This document shows, in pieces, positions 1 to 12,574 of a stretch of 64,000 nucleotides of DNA (the stretch's first letter is position 1; every line of letters starts with the position of its first letter). Source of the stretch: Octopus vulgaris (Eukaryota). The position numbers were made by a program, and so were the translations under genes. Where the stretch lies: NCBI GenBank assembly GCA_951406725.2, contig OX597818.1, positions 39,928,001 to 39,992,000 on the forward strand, in the 5' to 3' direction. The notes under the pieces were generated by a model. That model had not been told where the DNA came from. It worked only from the letters and a program-made list of their open reading frames with translations, and did not search any database.

Positions 1-203
1 GTATATAAGTACGTATATATATATATATATATATATAAATATATGTATGTGTGTGTATGTGTATATATGTGTGTGTATGTGTATATATGTGTGTGTATAT
101 ATATATATGTGTATATATGTATATGTGTGTTTATATATGTATGTGAATGTGTGTGTATATATGTGTATGTATGTATATATATATATGTATACATTTATAT
201 ATA
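1..203. repeat. compound (TA)n/(TG)n microsatellite
   Basis: Direct inspection; explains ORF 47..331. Confidence 0.95.
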
Positions 204-771
204 AGCACTCCCCCCACCACATACACGTGTGTGTAAAACGAATAAGTGTTATTTTTCTCATAGACACATTAACATTTCACAGGCGAATCTTCGCACGCGC
301 CTTCCCCATCTGTTTTTTAAGTCTGAGATGAATAGGACATGTGAATTCGTAATGTCTTGTCTTAGCAGTCGGTAGTTGACTGGTTATCCCCAATTATTTA
401 TTTTTGTCGTCCGCAAGCTTTGGTATGGATGGAAATGAATGCCATAAATTGCTTCTTTTTGCGTCATTTGTGTGTGTGTGTATGTTTCAAAATTAATTCT
501 TCCGTTTGTGCGGTGTGTGTACGATATGCCAATTGTTCCGTGCTTTTTAGCAACCCACGCACACAACCACATGAGCCATTCACAGACGTTCACATGTGTA
601 TGAAAGTGGGCCTGCTGGATCCGTTTTGTTTGTACGAGTTACTAGGTACTTGGGGGGTGGGTGGCTTCACTTGGAAATTATAACGTCTGATGATGGAATT
701 ATGTGTGTGTGTGTGTGTATATATACACGTATATATATATACAAAGGCACGGGTAAATACATATGTATGCA

Positions 772-1135
772 TACTCTTTTACTTGTTTCAGTAATTTGAC
801 TGCAGCCATGCTGGAGCACCGCCTTTAGTTGAGCAAATCGACCCTAGGACGTATTCTTTGTAAGCCTAGTACTTATTCCGTCGGTCTCTTTTTGCCGAAC
901 TGCTAAGTTACGGGGACGTAAACACACCAGCATCGGTTGGCAAGCGATGTTGTTGTTGTTGGTGGTGGTGGGGGACAAACACAGATACACAAACACACAC
1001 ACACATATATATACATATATACGACTGGCTTCTTTCAGTTTCTGTCTACCAAATCCACTCACAAGGCTTTGGTCGGCCTGAGGCTATAGTAGAAGACACT
1101 TGCCCAAGGTGCCATACAGTGGGACTGAACCTGGA
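772..1135 (-). mobile_element. SINE family A (tRNA-derived, CORE-like), head slightly truncated
   Basis: Reverse complement of the near-complete copies at 46692 and 43125; contains the CCTTGGGCAAGT CORE-like block. Confidence 0.9.
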
Positions 1136-1904
1136 TACATACACATATGCATATATCCTATCACATACACAATACATGATCATTCACAAATACTGAAAGA
1201 ATAAAGAATGCATATCCATTTATCTGAATCTTGCTAAATATTCTTTCACTTAGATACCTTGATTTTTTTATAGTTTAATACCTTATTAAATCCACACTAT
1301 ATATCTATCTTTGTTTCACTTATTGAACTGCAGCTATGCTCGGGCAGCTTCTTGATCCGATTCATACAAATATGAAAAATTTTCCCCACCCCCAATATTT
1401 GTTTCTTTAAGTTGGTGCTTATTCTGTCAGTCACTTTTTGCTGAACCGTTAGTTTATGGGGATGTAAACATACCAACACCGGGTGTGCAGCAATGACGGG
1501 GGACAAAACACAGTCTCATCACCACCATCATCATTTAACGTCCGTTGTCCATGTTTGAAGGCTGTACCACACTCCAGTCTGATTTGGCATGGTTTTCTAC
1601 GGCTGGATGCCCTTCCTAATGCCAACCACTCTGAGAGTGTAATGGGTAATTTTATGTGCCAATTTGCATGACACTGGTATCTGCCACCCACAACACACAT
1701 GTATACATGATGGGTTTCTTTCAGTTTTCATCTACCAAATCCACTCTCAAGGCTTTGGTCAGCTTAGGTCTATAGTAGAAGGCTCTTGCTGAAGGTGCCA
1801 TGCAGTGGGACTGAACCCAGAACTGAGACTGGGAAGCAAACTACAATGACTCTAAATAAATTTAGCTCAGAAGCCGAAAAGATTAATTACATGACTTGGC
1901 ACCC

Positions 1905-2205
1905 ATGCCACTTAATCATATGAATGCCACAACATCACATTCTCTTATTGTCTATAAATTTAGAATCTTGACCATTTGTAAATATATGAAGACCACCACA
2001 TCACATTTTCTTATCCTCCATAAATTTAGAATTTTGACCATTCATAAATGTATGAATATCTCAACACATCCCCTTATCCTCTTTATTTCGAGTCTCGACC
2101 ATTAGTAAATGTATGAACCTCACAACATCACATTGTCTTATCCCCTTTAAATTTCGAACCTTGACTACTAGTAGTTCTTATCCTTTGTAAATTTAGGACC
2201 TTGAC
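1905..2205. repeat. degenerate ~65-bp tandem repeat (~4.5 copies)
   Basis: Recurring ACATCACATT..CTTATC..TAAATTTAGAA..TTGACCATT at roughly 61-66 bp spacing. Confidence 0.75.
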
Positions 2206-2789
2206 CTCATGCTGATGTTGAAATAAGGCTTTAGAATTCTTTCCTTCCCCTGCCCGCCTCGGTCTGTTCCTTCTGGTGGTATTCTTCATGTTTAATATTA
2301 TTAACAGGAGAGATATCCACACAATTGCTTCTGCATATTTTTTTTTTCTGTGACAGGGGGCTACCCTTTATTTTTTTTCTTCTATCTTCAGTTGTTGTTG
2401 TTGTTGGTGGTGGTGGTGGTGATGTTGGCCCTGAAATTAGATTCCAGAATCATATGTTTGTCGTTCTCTTGTCTCTCACACCCCACTGATATTCCCCCAG
2501 TTTTACTATCCTAAGGCAACCATAGTCCTATTCTGATAAAAGGCTTATGTTTCTGTTTTGGAAGTTTATAGCACTTGTTCTCAAACTTTATAGACATTCA
2601 CACCCATTACAAGCTTGTCAGGGTGGGAGTGTGTGTGCCTGTATGTGTGAATGACTGTGTGTATATATTTGTGTGTTGTGTAAATCTGTCAGCCTGTCTG
2701 TTGCATTAAAATTTCCTTTAAAAAGATTGGTAGTAGTTTTCTTGAACATAACATTTTATTTCAAAATTTAATAATAATAATAATAATCC

Positions 2790-3245
2790 TTATGCCTGAA
2801 ATTTGTGGTGAGGGATTACTCGATTACATCGACCCCCCCACCCCCAGTGTTTCATTGGTACTTAATTTATTGACCCCCAAAAAGATGAAAGGCAAAGTCG
2901 ACCTCGGCGGAATTAGAACTCAGAACGTAGTGCTGGGTGAAATACCATTCAGCATTTTGCTCAGTATCCTAACAATTCTGCCAGCACCCTGCCTTAATAA
3001 TAATAATAACAACAACAATAATAATAATGATGGTTTCAAATTTTTCCAAAAGGGCAGTAGTTTTGGAGGAAGGAATGAGTCGATTATATCAACCCCAGCG
3101 TTCAACTGGTAATTATTTTATCAACGCCAAAAGGATGATAGATAAAGTTGACCTCGGTGGAATTTGAACTCAGAACTTTGTGACGGGCAAATACCATTAA
3201 GCATTCCGTTCAGAGTGCTAATGATTCTACCAGATCACCACCTTA
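2790..3245 (-). mobile_element. two adjacent SINE family B copies separated by (AAT)n
   Basis: Match to reverse complement of 14051-14281 (GGTACTTAATTTATCGACCCC..GGATGAAAGGCAAAGTCGACC). Confidence 0.8.
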
Positions 3246-3473
3246 ATAATAATAATGATAACAATAAAGTTAAGCTAAGTTTAATTGACATGTAAATTTA
3301 AAAAGAAACGGATGATGTAATTAAAATGATTTTAGCAGAGGAGTTTGGTGTAAATTACAATAAGATTATGAAATTATTAAGAAATGAGATTATTAAAACA
3401 GATTTAAAATATAAATGTACAATGACGCATTGTGAAAGTTAAAGCACACACACACACACACACTAGTTCGCTT

Positions 3474-3861
3474 CTTTTCTTTTACTTGTTTCAGTCATTA
3501 GACTGTGGCCATGCTGGGGCATTACCATAAAGAATTTTTGCTCTGACGAATTCATCCCAGTACTTACTTTCGTTAAGCCTGGTATTTATTCTATCAGTCT
3601 CTTTTACTGGACCACTAAGTTACGGGGACATAAACACACCAACACTGGTTTTTATGTAGCAGTAGTGGGGGACAAACATATACAAAGACGCAGACACACA
3701 CATATATATGATGGGATTCTTTCAGTTTCCGTCTACCAAATTTACTCACAAGGCTTTGGTCGGCCCGAGGCTATAGTAGAAGACACTTGCCCAAAGCCTC
3801 ACACAGTGGGACTGAACCCAGAACCATGTGGTTGGGAAGCAACCACACAGCCACCTGTGCC
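3474..3861 (-). mobile_element. SINE family A
   Basis: Similarity to other family A copies. Confidence 0.85.
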
Positions 3862-4217
3862 TTCAGAAGAAAAAGTAAAAAGACACGATTTGCATTCTGT
3901 TTTGCCAAATTCTATATTATATTTTTCACCATAAATTGTAACTGTGATGTCTTATTTATTTTGTTATAAATAAATTTGAGAAAATTGTGTGCCTCATCCT
4001 TGCCTGTTTGGCCCTAGTTTAGCTTAATTTTGTCACTAGGTTTGCATAGGCACAGGCATGGCTGTGTGGTAACAAGTCTGCTTCTCAACTGTATGGTTCT
4101 GGGTTCAATACCACTGCATCACAATTTGGGCAAGTGTCTTCTACTATAGTCCTGAGCTAGTCTTGTAAGTGGATTTAGTAGACAGAAAGTGAAAGAAGTC
4201 TGTCATGTATGCATATA

Positions 4218-4610
4218 TCATCATCATTTAACATTCGCCTTCCATGCTGGCATGGGTTGGATGGTTTGACTGAGGACTGCAAGCCAGGTGGTTGCCCTTC
4301 CTAACACCAACCACTCCAAGAGTGTAGCGACTGCTTTTTATGTGCCACCAGCACAGGAGACAGTCAGGCAACACTGGCATCAATCACACTCGAATGGTGC
4401 TTTTTATGTGCCAGTTATGCAGCACTGGCATCAACTATGCTTGAATGGTGCTTTTTATGTGCCACTGGCACAGGAGCCAGTCAGATGGTATTGGCATCGA
4501 CCATGCTTGAATGGTGCTTTTTACGTGCCACCAGCATGTGTGCCAGTCAGGCGGCAGTGGAATTGGCCACGACTACGATTTCACTCGACTCAACAGGTCT
4601 TCTCAAGAAG
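4218..4610 (-). mobile_element. 3' UTR fragment of the RTE LINE
   Basis: CATCATCAT..TTAAC tail plus repeated GGTGCTTTTTATGTGCCAC motif; matches reverse complement of 42330-42840. Confidence 0.8.
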
Positions 4611-6438
4611 GGTACTTTTAAACGAGCCTATTTCACAAATAATAGGACATAACAACAGGTGGCTTTCGACTAAGGATGAATTAAATTAAGCTGGCGTGGG
4701 TGGCAGTAAAGCCTTATGGCAGGGATACAAGATTTCACAGGCACAAGGAAGAATATAGATGTTGCACGGACAGCAGCTGAACCAAGAAAGAAAGGTCAGG
4801 CTTGACTGAACACAGGTCACATGGGAAGTGAAGAGAGAGAGGCAGAGGGACAAGAAATGAGGAGGGGGCGAAAAAAATGACAGGAACAGGCTTGGACTGA
4901 CCAAATCTTTGTGAGTGGCTTTGGTTGACGGAAACTGAAAGAAGCCTATCGTATGTGTGTGTGTGCTTGCCTTTGTATGTGTCTTTCTGTCTGTGCTTAC
5001 ATCCCTGTAACTTAGTGGTTCAGCAAAAGTCATCATCATCACCATGTTCATGATCATTTAGCGTCCGTTGTGCATGCTGGAAGGCTGCGCCAGGATCCAG
5101 TCTGATTTGGCATGGTTTCTATGACTGGATGCCCTTCCTGACACCAACCACTCTGAGAGTGTAATGGGTGCTTTTACATGCCACTGGTATGGGTGCCACT
5201 TGTGTGACACCAGTATCTGCCATGACTGTGATTTTGCTCGACTAGAATAAATACTAGGCTTACAAACAATAAGTCCTGGGGTCAGTTTCTACAACTAAAA
5301 CCATTTAGAGCGGTTCCCCAGCATGGCCACAGTCAATTAACTGAAACCAGTAAAAGAATAGAAGAATTTGTGTGTGTGTGTGTGTATGTATGTGTTTTGT
5401 GTCTGTGTTTGTCCCATCCCCAACAACCAAGTACTAGGCTGGCAAACAATAAATCTTGGGGTCAATTTCTTCAACTAAAACCCTTTTAAGATGGTTCTCC
5501 AGCATGGCTGCAGTCAAATAACTGAAACAAGTAAACGAATAAAAGAGTGTGTCCGTCCATCCCATCCTCAACAACCAGTGTCAATTTGTGTACGTCCATA
5601 ACTTTGGTGTGGCAAAAGAGACTGTTGGAATAAGTACTGGAGACAGTTTTCATTTGAATAAAACTCTTCAAGGTAATGTCCAAGCATGACTGCAGTCCAA
5701 TGACTGAAGCAAGCAAGAGGAAAGTAAAAAAGTGAGGAGATATTCAGTAATATTTTTTTCTGTCTGGGGAGAGTCACTCTTTTTGTGCCTTATTAATCTG
5801 ACACACTCACTGGTCTGATTTTCACTCATTTACTTTTTTTTTTTGTGTGTGCATGTGTAAAAATACAACAAACCAACAGACAAAAACAAACTAACAAGCG
5901 CATGCATGCACACAAACAAACAAAAAGAATGCAGTTCCAATAACGGACAGAGTCAACGCCTATTGAAAAGGTTGCAAGACGCTATGAAAATTTTAGTAAA
6001 AATAAATAAGTAAATGAGTGGAAATCGAACCGGTGAGTGTGTTAAGTAATAAGGTACTAAAACAGAATGACTCTCCCCAGACGCAATAAAATATGCTTCA
6101 ACACACAAATTCAGATAAAGAATCTTGCATGCAAACCAAATACAAAAACGAAATTTAGTTATGTTTATCAGTAATGTCATTTGTCTGGAATTATTTTACT
6201 GTTCTGACACTGAATTGGGATGGTCTCTCAACTGCTGTGTAATTGCTCATATGTACAGAACAATTAAGACTTTTTTAATTTTGTTTCTTATACATCATCA
6301 CTGCTCTGAGTTTTGCATTTTTGCTTCGAGCTATGGCTGGGGTTGTGAAGTGAACATGCAGAACTTGGTGGTACAATAGTGCAAAATCTCAGTTTTTAAC
6401 TATTGTTATCATTAACTCTTATGACTTCCCCTCATATA

Positions 6439-6805
6439 TCTTTATATATAAAAGTGAAGTTGTGTGTCTGTCTCCTACGATTTAGATTCCTAACTACTCC
6501 CACATTTTGCGGTGCAGTTTAACCAAAACCGGGTATCTTATAGTCGTGATTCATATCAAGCCCTTCTGGGTATTAGCGCACGTCTACGATGAGTCTACGA
6601 TTTTAAAAATAATTTACCATTATTTTTTTCGCTATTATATAAGGGAAGTAACTCTCTAAAAATGTCTACGATGAGTCAACGATTTAAAAAAAATTTACCA
6701 TAATTTTTTTTCCATTTTTTTCCTATCTTTTGGCTATAACTCTCTAAAAATGCCTATATAGTTATTTCCCTTACATACCCGAGCAACGCCGGGCGATACT
6801 GCTAG
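6439..6805 (+). mobile_element. non-autonomous Helitron
   Basis: 5' TC, subterminal hairpin CCCGAGCAACGCCGGG, 3' CTAG, inserted between A and T without TSD; homologous to 16979-17615. Confidence 0.85.
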
Positions 6806-7154
6806 TATATAATATATTTAAATAGGGAAAGAGAGTCACTCACAGACTGACAAGCAATATGGTATTTATTCCCCCCCCCCCGAAGTGGGAAGGGAATTAA
6901 ACACTTTTTTTTTTCATATATTTATTTTTCTGTGGAGCTTGTAGGTCATGTTTTATGTTTAATAAGTGCCAGCTGTTGTCCCAGTACCCTGTTTTGACAC
7001 ATGTGACTGAAAAAAAAATAGACACAGACTTTTAGAACATGGAAACGACTCAGTAAGGTACAGCAGATTTGGGGCTAACGAAAATGAAGTAACTGCATAG
7101 GCATGAAAGACGTTTTAATGAAACATGCAATAGTTTTATACCATTGAGTAGTAA

Positions 7155-7837
7155 TGATCTTTTCTACTCTAGGCACCAGGCCTGAAATTTTTGGGGAGGG
7201 GGCTAGTCAATTAGATTGACCTCAGTATGCAACTGGTACTTAATTTATCGACCCCAAAAGGATAAAAAGCAAAGTCGATTTCGATAGAATTTGAGGCCTG
7301 AAATTTTTGGGGAGGGAGCCAGTCAGTTAGATCAACTCCAGTACGCAAATGGTACTTAATTTATCAACTCCGAAAGGATGAAAAGCAAAGTCGATCCCGG
7401 TGGAATTTGAGGCCTGAAATTTTTGGGGAGGGAGCCAGTCAATTAGATCGATTCCAGTACACAACTGGTACTTAATTTATCGACCCCAAAAGGATGAAAA
7501 GCAAAGTCGATTTCGATAGAATTTGAGGCCTGAAATTTTTGGGGAGGGAGCCAGTCAATTCGATTGATTCCAGTACACAACTGGTACTTAATTAATCGAC
7601 CCCGAAAGGATGAAAAGCAAAGTTGATCTTGGTGGAATTTGAGGCCTGAAATTTTTGGGGAGGGAGCCAGTCAGTTAGATCAACTTCAGTACGCAACTGG
7701 TACTTAATTTATTGATCCTGAAAGGATGAAAAGCAAAGTCGATCTCGGTGGAATTTGAACTCAGAATGTAAAGACAGACGAAATATCGCTAAGCATTTTG
7801 CTCGGCATGCTAGTGCTTCTGCCAGCTTGCCACCTTA
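7155..7837 (-). repeat. SINE family B with internal 116-bp segment tandemly amplified five times
   Basis: AGGCCTGAAATTTTTGGGGAGGG recurs at 7178, 7294, 7410, 7526 and 7642. Confidence 0.9.
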
Positions 7838-8964
7838 GTAGTAGTAGTAGTAGTAGTAATAATATTCTTTTCTACTATAGGCACAAGGCCTGCAATTTTG
7901 GGGGAGGGTTAAGTCAATTACATTTACCCCAGTGTTTCACTGGTACTTAATTTATTGACCCTGTAAGGAATGAAAGGCAAAGTTGACCTTGGTGGAATTT
8001 GAACTTAGAGCATAAAGATGGATGAAATGCCGCTAAGTATTTTGCCTGGTATGCTAACAATTCTGTCACCTTGCTGCCTTAGTTAATAATGATAGTGGTT
8101 TTAAATTTTGACAAAGGGTTGGCAGTTTTTGTGGGGAGGAAGATGTTGATTATATCAGAATTTTTAGTCAAATGAGTTGACCCCTAGCACTTATGTTTTG
8201 TTAAGCTTGGTATCTCATCCTATTGCTCTCTTTTACTGACCAACTAAGTTACAGGAACGTAAACACACCAACACCAGTTGTCAAGTGGTGGTCGGGGAGA
8301 GAGACACACACACATACATAGGATGGGCTTTTTTCAGTTTCCATCAACCAAATCTACTCAAGTCTTTGGTTGAACCAAGGCTATAGTGGAAGACACCTAC
8401 CCAAGGTGCCACACAGTGTAACTGAACCCCAGAACCCATGTTGTTGGGAAGCAAACATCTTACTACACACTCATGCTGGGTTACCACCTTGAAGGGTTTT
8501 TGTCAAATTGATTCCTGTACTTTTTTTTGTTTGGTACTGATTCTATTGGTGCCTATTGCTAAGTTACAGGGGTGCAAACAAGCCAATCATGGTTGTCAGG
8601 TGGTGATGCTGGTGTCAAACACAAAGACCCACACACACATTTACAGGTATATGTGTGTGGATGGCTTTGACCAAATTCACTCACATGGCATTGGGTGGCC
8701 CAAGGTTGTTGTAGAAAACACTTGCCCATGGTGCCATGCTGTGGGACCTAGCCTGGGACCACATGATTGCAAAGCAGAACCATGTGTGACATGTTAAAAC
8801 ATTTCCACTTATTCCTTTAAATTTTAAGCGCTTTGATAAATTTTCTGCCAATCTCATCTTCGAATCTGGTATGATAGAATGGTGATTAAAACCTGTGATC
8901 TCTCCGTTTTTTTTTGTTTTGTTTTTTAAGTAAATTTAAATCAGTGCTAGTATAGTATGTGGTC

Positions 8965-9365
8965 TGGTCTACCACGGTGTCAAACAGTATAGCCAGGGTT
9001 ATCTATCTTAAAAATTACTCCTCATCACCCCACCTTTCTCCTTGTGGTTTACCTTACATTGATATATTGACAGAAGGAACAGCAGTCACATTTTTACAAG
9101 ATTACAGTCTGCTGGATACACAAGAAGCAGATCCTTGACATCGAGGTGGTGCTGTCAAGCAGGAAAAACGAAAGTGTGACCAATTTTTCCATTATTCGGA
9201 CGTTAACAACAAACGAAACTGCAAGCTGAATTTGAGTGAGCTTTTAGAACTATTTTTCTTTGTCATGGCTATACTCATGACTACAGCAGTGACTCGAACA
9301 GGAAAATCTAAAAATACAATAATAGACTGGTACAATATGTGCCGTGAGGCATGTGGAGCCATATA
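8965..9365 (+). mobile_element. Merlin/IS1016-like (ISXO2-type) DNA transposase relic
   Basis: Translation TIIDWYNMCREAC (ORF 9232) resembles the TVVDWxNFCREVC motif of Merlin transposases. Confidence 0.6.
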
Positions 9366-9473
9366 TAAACTATATAAGGAGAAAGAAAGGGAAAAAAAAA
9401 TTAGTGTCAAATATTTTCCCTTTCTGGAATGCAAGGGACAACTTGCTGACAAATTTCAACCCTATTCTGATCT

Positions 9474-9710
9474 CTTATTTCTTTATTGCCCACAAGGGGC
9501 TAAACACAGAGGGGACAAACAAGGACAGACAAAGGGATTAAGTTGATTACATCAATCCCAGTGCGTAACTGGTAAATTAATTTATCGACCCCGAAAGGAT
9601 GAAAGGCAAAGTCGACCTTGGCGGAATTTGAACTCAGAACGTAACGGCTGACGAAAGACCGCTAAGCACTTCGCCCGGCATGCTAACATTTCTGCCAGCT
9701 CACCGCCTTA
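9474..9710 (-). mobile_element. SINE family B, near full length
   Basis: High identity to reverse complement of 14051-14281; TTCTGATCTCTTA repeated on both flanks. Confidence 0.9.
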
Positions 9711-10289
9711 AATCTCTTCTGATCTCTTAAGTGAATCATAACCCTTATGTCACTTTCTGAATCATTGTTTAAGGTTTCGCTAATCAAATTTTTATTCTAC
9801 CTTCTGAAATAATGAATGTTCAGAAATTAAATATTCAATATTTCAGAAATGACAGTCACATGAAAATTACTAATATCATATTTTTTCCCCCCTTCTTGCA
9901 TATTCATTTCCGATTAGTTTTGAATTGATCAATGCATTAAATTGTTAACATTAATTTATCTATAGTTTGCTGGATTTGGATAGTAGGCTGCTTCTAAAAA
10001 GCAAAAAACCTAGAAATAGTTGATCAATACTCTCTCTCTCTCTCCAAAGAGCAACAGGTGTTACCCATACAGTTTACCTATTGTACTGTATTTGATGTAC
10101 ATAAATCAACAAGGTGGTCACACATTTATAAAGACTGCACAGTATAGATGCAATTCTAAAAAGGTATTAAACTGCATAGGCAAAGTAAAATGACTGCAAT
10201 TGGGAATTGATATTCAGTGAAACTCAGATTGCTAATATCTTAATTCGTTTTCTATCTATGACAATTTGATTTTTTCCTGAATCGTTATC

Positions 10290-10673
10290 ATCTCTTTTAC
10301 TCTTTTCAGTCATTTGACTGTGGCCATGCTGGAGCACCGCCTTTAGTCGAGCAAATCAACCTCAGGACTTATTTTTTGTAAGCCTAGTACTTATTCTATT
10401 GGTCTCTTATGCCGAACCACTAAGTTACAGGGACATAAACACACCAGTATCGGTTGTCAAGCGATGTTGTGGGGACAAACACACACAGACACACACACAT
10501 ATAAATATACATATACAATGTGCTTCTTTCAGTTTCCGTCTACCAAATCCACTCACAAGGCTTTGGTTGGCCTGAGGCTATAGTAGAAGACACTTGCCCA
10601 AGGTGCCATGCTGTGGGACTGAACCCATGACCATGTGATTGGTAAGCAAGCTACTTACCACACAGCCACTCCT
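10290..10673 (-). mobile_element. SINE family A, near full length
   Basis: A-box TGGCTGTGTGG and B-box GGTTCAGTCCC on minus strand. Confidence 0.9.
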
Positions 10674-11058
10674 GTTTATTTTTTAGAATGACATTGAAAG
10701 GCCTGATCTGGTCAGTTTGAACACAACTTGTAGAGTATTTGGGCTGGATATGGCTGGTTTGAATACTAAAAGCTTAACCGGGTCTCCATGATTTGTATAG
10801 GTGACTAGGTTTACAACACTTCCCCCTGAATGTGATACCAGTCTCTCTCAGGGTTAACTTCAAAGCTATTGTTGGAATTCATTTACAGTTGAGTGGACCA
10901 GAGCAGAATGAAATGTATTTTGATCAAGAACACAACACACTACCTGGGCTAGGAATTGAAACTATGACCTTACAATCAGGAGTGTAAGACCCTAACCACA
11001 TGGTCAAAAGCCTTTGCTGATTCTAGTTTACATCTGTATTATATTTTATGTGGTTTAA

Positions 11059-11280
11059 CCCTTTAGCATTTAAACTGGGTCATATCTGGCCCGAACATTC
11101 TACTTGTTTTATGATCAAAATGACCAGATCCAACCTTTCACACTTACTCTACAATATCATTCTAAAAAATAAACAAACACTTCATGAAAATTTTGAAGTT
11201 ACTAGATAATGCATGATAAATTCTAAATAAAGTGAATAAATAAGTTTTACATGTGGCAGAGTAATCTGAATGCTAAAGGG
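11059..11280. mobile_element. piggyBac-type MITE
   Basis: TTAA|CCCTTTAGCATT...AATGCTAAAGGG|TTAA: terminal inverted repeats with TTAA TSD. Confidence 0.85.
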
Positions 11281-11286
11281 TTAATG

Positions 11287-11870
11287 GGCATGTGTCTTCT
11301 ACTATAGCCTTGAGCCTACCAAAGCTTTGTGAGTGGATTTGGTAGGCAGAAACTGAAAAAATGCTGCGAGCTGGCAGAAATGTTAGCACGCCGGGCGAAA
11401 TGCTAAGCAGTATTTTGTCTGCTGTTACGTTCTGAGTTCAAATTCGGCCAAGGTTGATTTTGCCTTTCATCCTTTCGGGGTCGATGAAATTAAGTACCAG
11501 TTACGCACTGGGGTTGATATAATTGACTTAATCCCTTTGTCTGTCCTTGTTTGTCCCCTCTATGTATAGCCCCTTGTGGGCAATAAAGAAATAAGAAACT
11601 GCAAAAAGTCCATTGTATGTGTGTGTGTATATAATATATATATATGTGTGATGTATGTCTTTGTGCCTGTGTTTGCCCCACCCCCACCTGACAGTTGGTG
11701 CTGATGTGTTTATGTCCCTGTAACTTAGTGGTTCAGTAAAAGAGACTGACAGAATAAGTACTAGCCTTAAAACAGTCCTTGGGTGTTTAAAAAAAAATTT
11801 TTTTATACTAAAACCATTCAAAGTGGTACCCTAGCACAGCTGCAGACGAAATGACTGAGATGAGTAAAAG
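11287..11870 (+). mobile_element. SINE A interrupted by SINE B (~11365-11600)
   Basis: Family A sequence breaks after AAACTGAAAA and resumes after the B tail AAAGAAATAAGAAAC. Confidence 0.8.
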
Positions 11871-11879
11871 CTAAAATAA

Positions 11880-12200
11880 CCACTTCTTTTATGCTTCCAT
11901 AGGTTACGCTGGGTATAATGTATAAGGTTTCTACCTATTACTTTCCTGAATAGTTTTTTCCCAGATGGCAGTAGGGTTCTGTCTTCTTTCCTCTTAAAAT
12001 TTTTGTCTTTGCTAAGTTTATTTTGAAGTCCCTTGATTATAGATTTTGCTTTCATTTCTGGAATTTCCTCTCTAAATTTTCAATAAATTCAGTTATAAGA
12101 ATCAGGTCATCAATATGCAGGATTACCCATGGATAACCAATATTAAACTTCTTTGTTATGACCAGGAGAACTACAATAAACAAGAGGAGCCTCTTCCTAT
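11880..12200 (-). mobile_element. RTE LINE RT fragment, degenerate
   Basis: Homologous to reverse complement of 41230-41530 (..HIDDLILI.. ~ YADDL). Confidence 0.65.
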
Positions 12201-12254
12201 TTATTGTAGTTCTCCATTCTGATGAATTCCTCCCCTTTTTTTTAAGACATCTTT

Positions 12255-12574
12255 TGGTCATGACTTACCATGGGATTGCACTGAGAAAGCTACCCTCCCA
12301 GACACAAGTCCAAGCAAGGTTGTTTATGGAAGACCACCAGTCGCTCATGTATACCAGCCTCCCCTCTCCATGCCACCAGTGTTATCCAAGAGAAAGGCAA
12401 GGGCCAATACAGCTTGGCACCTGTGATATCACAACTCATTTCTACAGCTGAGTGAACTGGAGCAACGTGAAATAAAGTGTCTTGCTCAGGAACACAACAC
12501 ACAGCCTGGTCTGGGATTTGAACTCACAACCTCGCGATCGTAAGCTTGATGCTCTAACCACTGAGCCATGCATG
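12255..12574 (-). mobile_element. SINE family C (tRNA-derived head)
   Basis: Minus strand GCATGGCTCAGTGGTTAGAGC..GAGTTCAAATCCC (A/B boxes); second copy at ~57690-57990. Confidence 0.8.
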
